Source: Hydrurus foetidus
Taxonomy: Eukaryota
Direction of reading: 5' to 3'
Length of the DNA stretch: 64,000 nt
NCBI GenBank assembly: GCA_900617105.1
Contig: UYFQ01000767.1
Span: 62,001 to 126,000, forward strand
The translations under genes were made by a program, and so were the position numbers. Under the pieces are notes generated by a model that saw only the letters and a list, made by a program, of their open reading frames with translations, did not search any database and was not told where the DNA came from. Shown one piece after another: positions 63,301 to 64,000 of the stretch. The number at the start of each line of letters is the position of its first letter. Position 1 is the stretch's first letter.

Positions 63301-64000
63301 GGTAGCCTATGTGATGATTATTGAGACTGTGAGTTATACTACCGTGTATCATCAATGTAATGTAAGGAAAAGTAGTTGGTAGCGTATGTGATGATTATTG
63401 AGACTGTGAGTTATGCTACCGTGTATCATCAATGTAATGTAAGGAAAAGTAGTTGGTAGCGTATGTGATGATTATTGAGACTGTGAGTTATACTACCGTG
63501 TATCATCAATGTAATGTAAGGAAAAGTAGTTGGTAGCCTATGTGATGATTATTGAGACTGTGAGTTATACTACCGTGTATCATCAATGTAATGTAAGGAA
63601 AAGTAGTTGGTAGCGTATGTGATGATTATTGAGACTGTGAGTTATACTACCGTGTATCATCAATGTAATGTAAGGAAAAGTAGTTGGTAGCGTATGTGAT
63701 GATTATTGAGACTGTGAGTTATACTACCGTGTATCATCAATGTAATGTAAGGAAAAGTAGTTGGTAGCCTATGTGATGATTATTGAGACTGTGAGTTATA
63801 CTACCGTGTATCATCAATGTAATGTAAGGAAAAGTAGTTGGTAGCGTATGTGATGATTATTGAGACTGTGAGTTATACTACCGTGTATCATCAATGTAAT
63901 GTAAGGAAAAGTAGTTGGTAGCGTATGTGATGATTATTGAGACTGTGAGTTATACTACCGTGTATCATCAATGTAATGTAAGGAAAAGTAGTTGGTAGCC
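60380..64000. repeat. 77-bp satellite, at least 47 copies, continues past the window end, probably intronic
   Basis: Unit CGTATGTGATGATTATTGAGACTGTGAGTTATACTACCGTGTATCATCAATGTAATGTAAGGAAAAGTAGTTGGTAG. A GTAGCC variant appears only after 63300. Confidence 0.97.

Noticed and set aside
60380..64000. Telomeric or subtelomeric repeat at the window end
   Set aside because: There is no TTAGGG/TTTAGGG-type motif, and the adjacent exon has an acceptor, implying the gene continues beyond the array.

Overview
AT-rich eukaryotic nuclear DNA with dense GT-AG spliceosomal introns. A signal peptide plus S-F transit-like N-terminus and QPT/QPS repeats suggest an ochrophyte, possibly a chrysophyte (inference). 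I reconstructed four genes by hand: (1) a Cys-type formylglycine sulfatase on the minus strand (ATG 9955, running off the left edge); (2) a divergently transcribed 11-exon, about 925-aa probable plastid membrane protein of unknown function (10655-17333, +); (3) an intronless QPT-repeat type I membrane protein with a Cys-rich tail (18846-19574, +); (4) a very large armadillo-repeat gene on the minus strand with 42 exons in the window (5367 nt, 1788 codons plus stop), whose 5' end lies beyond the right edge. There is also a possible small spliced gene near 20.3-20.7 kb. The most striking structure is about 20 kb of five unrelated satellites (49, about 53, 24, 27 and 77 bp units) sitting in four introns of the ARM gene, including an almost invariant 10.9-kb array of about 404 x 27 bp. 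The giant ORFs in the ORF track are artefacts of these arrays. Other points are three MITE-like elements, splice-site motifs embedded in or excluded from satellite units, a phase-1 intron excess, decayed copies of an exon start, and one sulfatase junction with no clean canonical donor. All exon models are manual and not transcript-verified.
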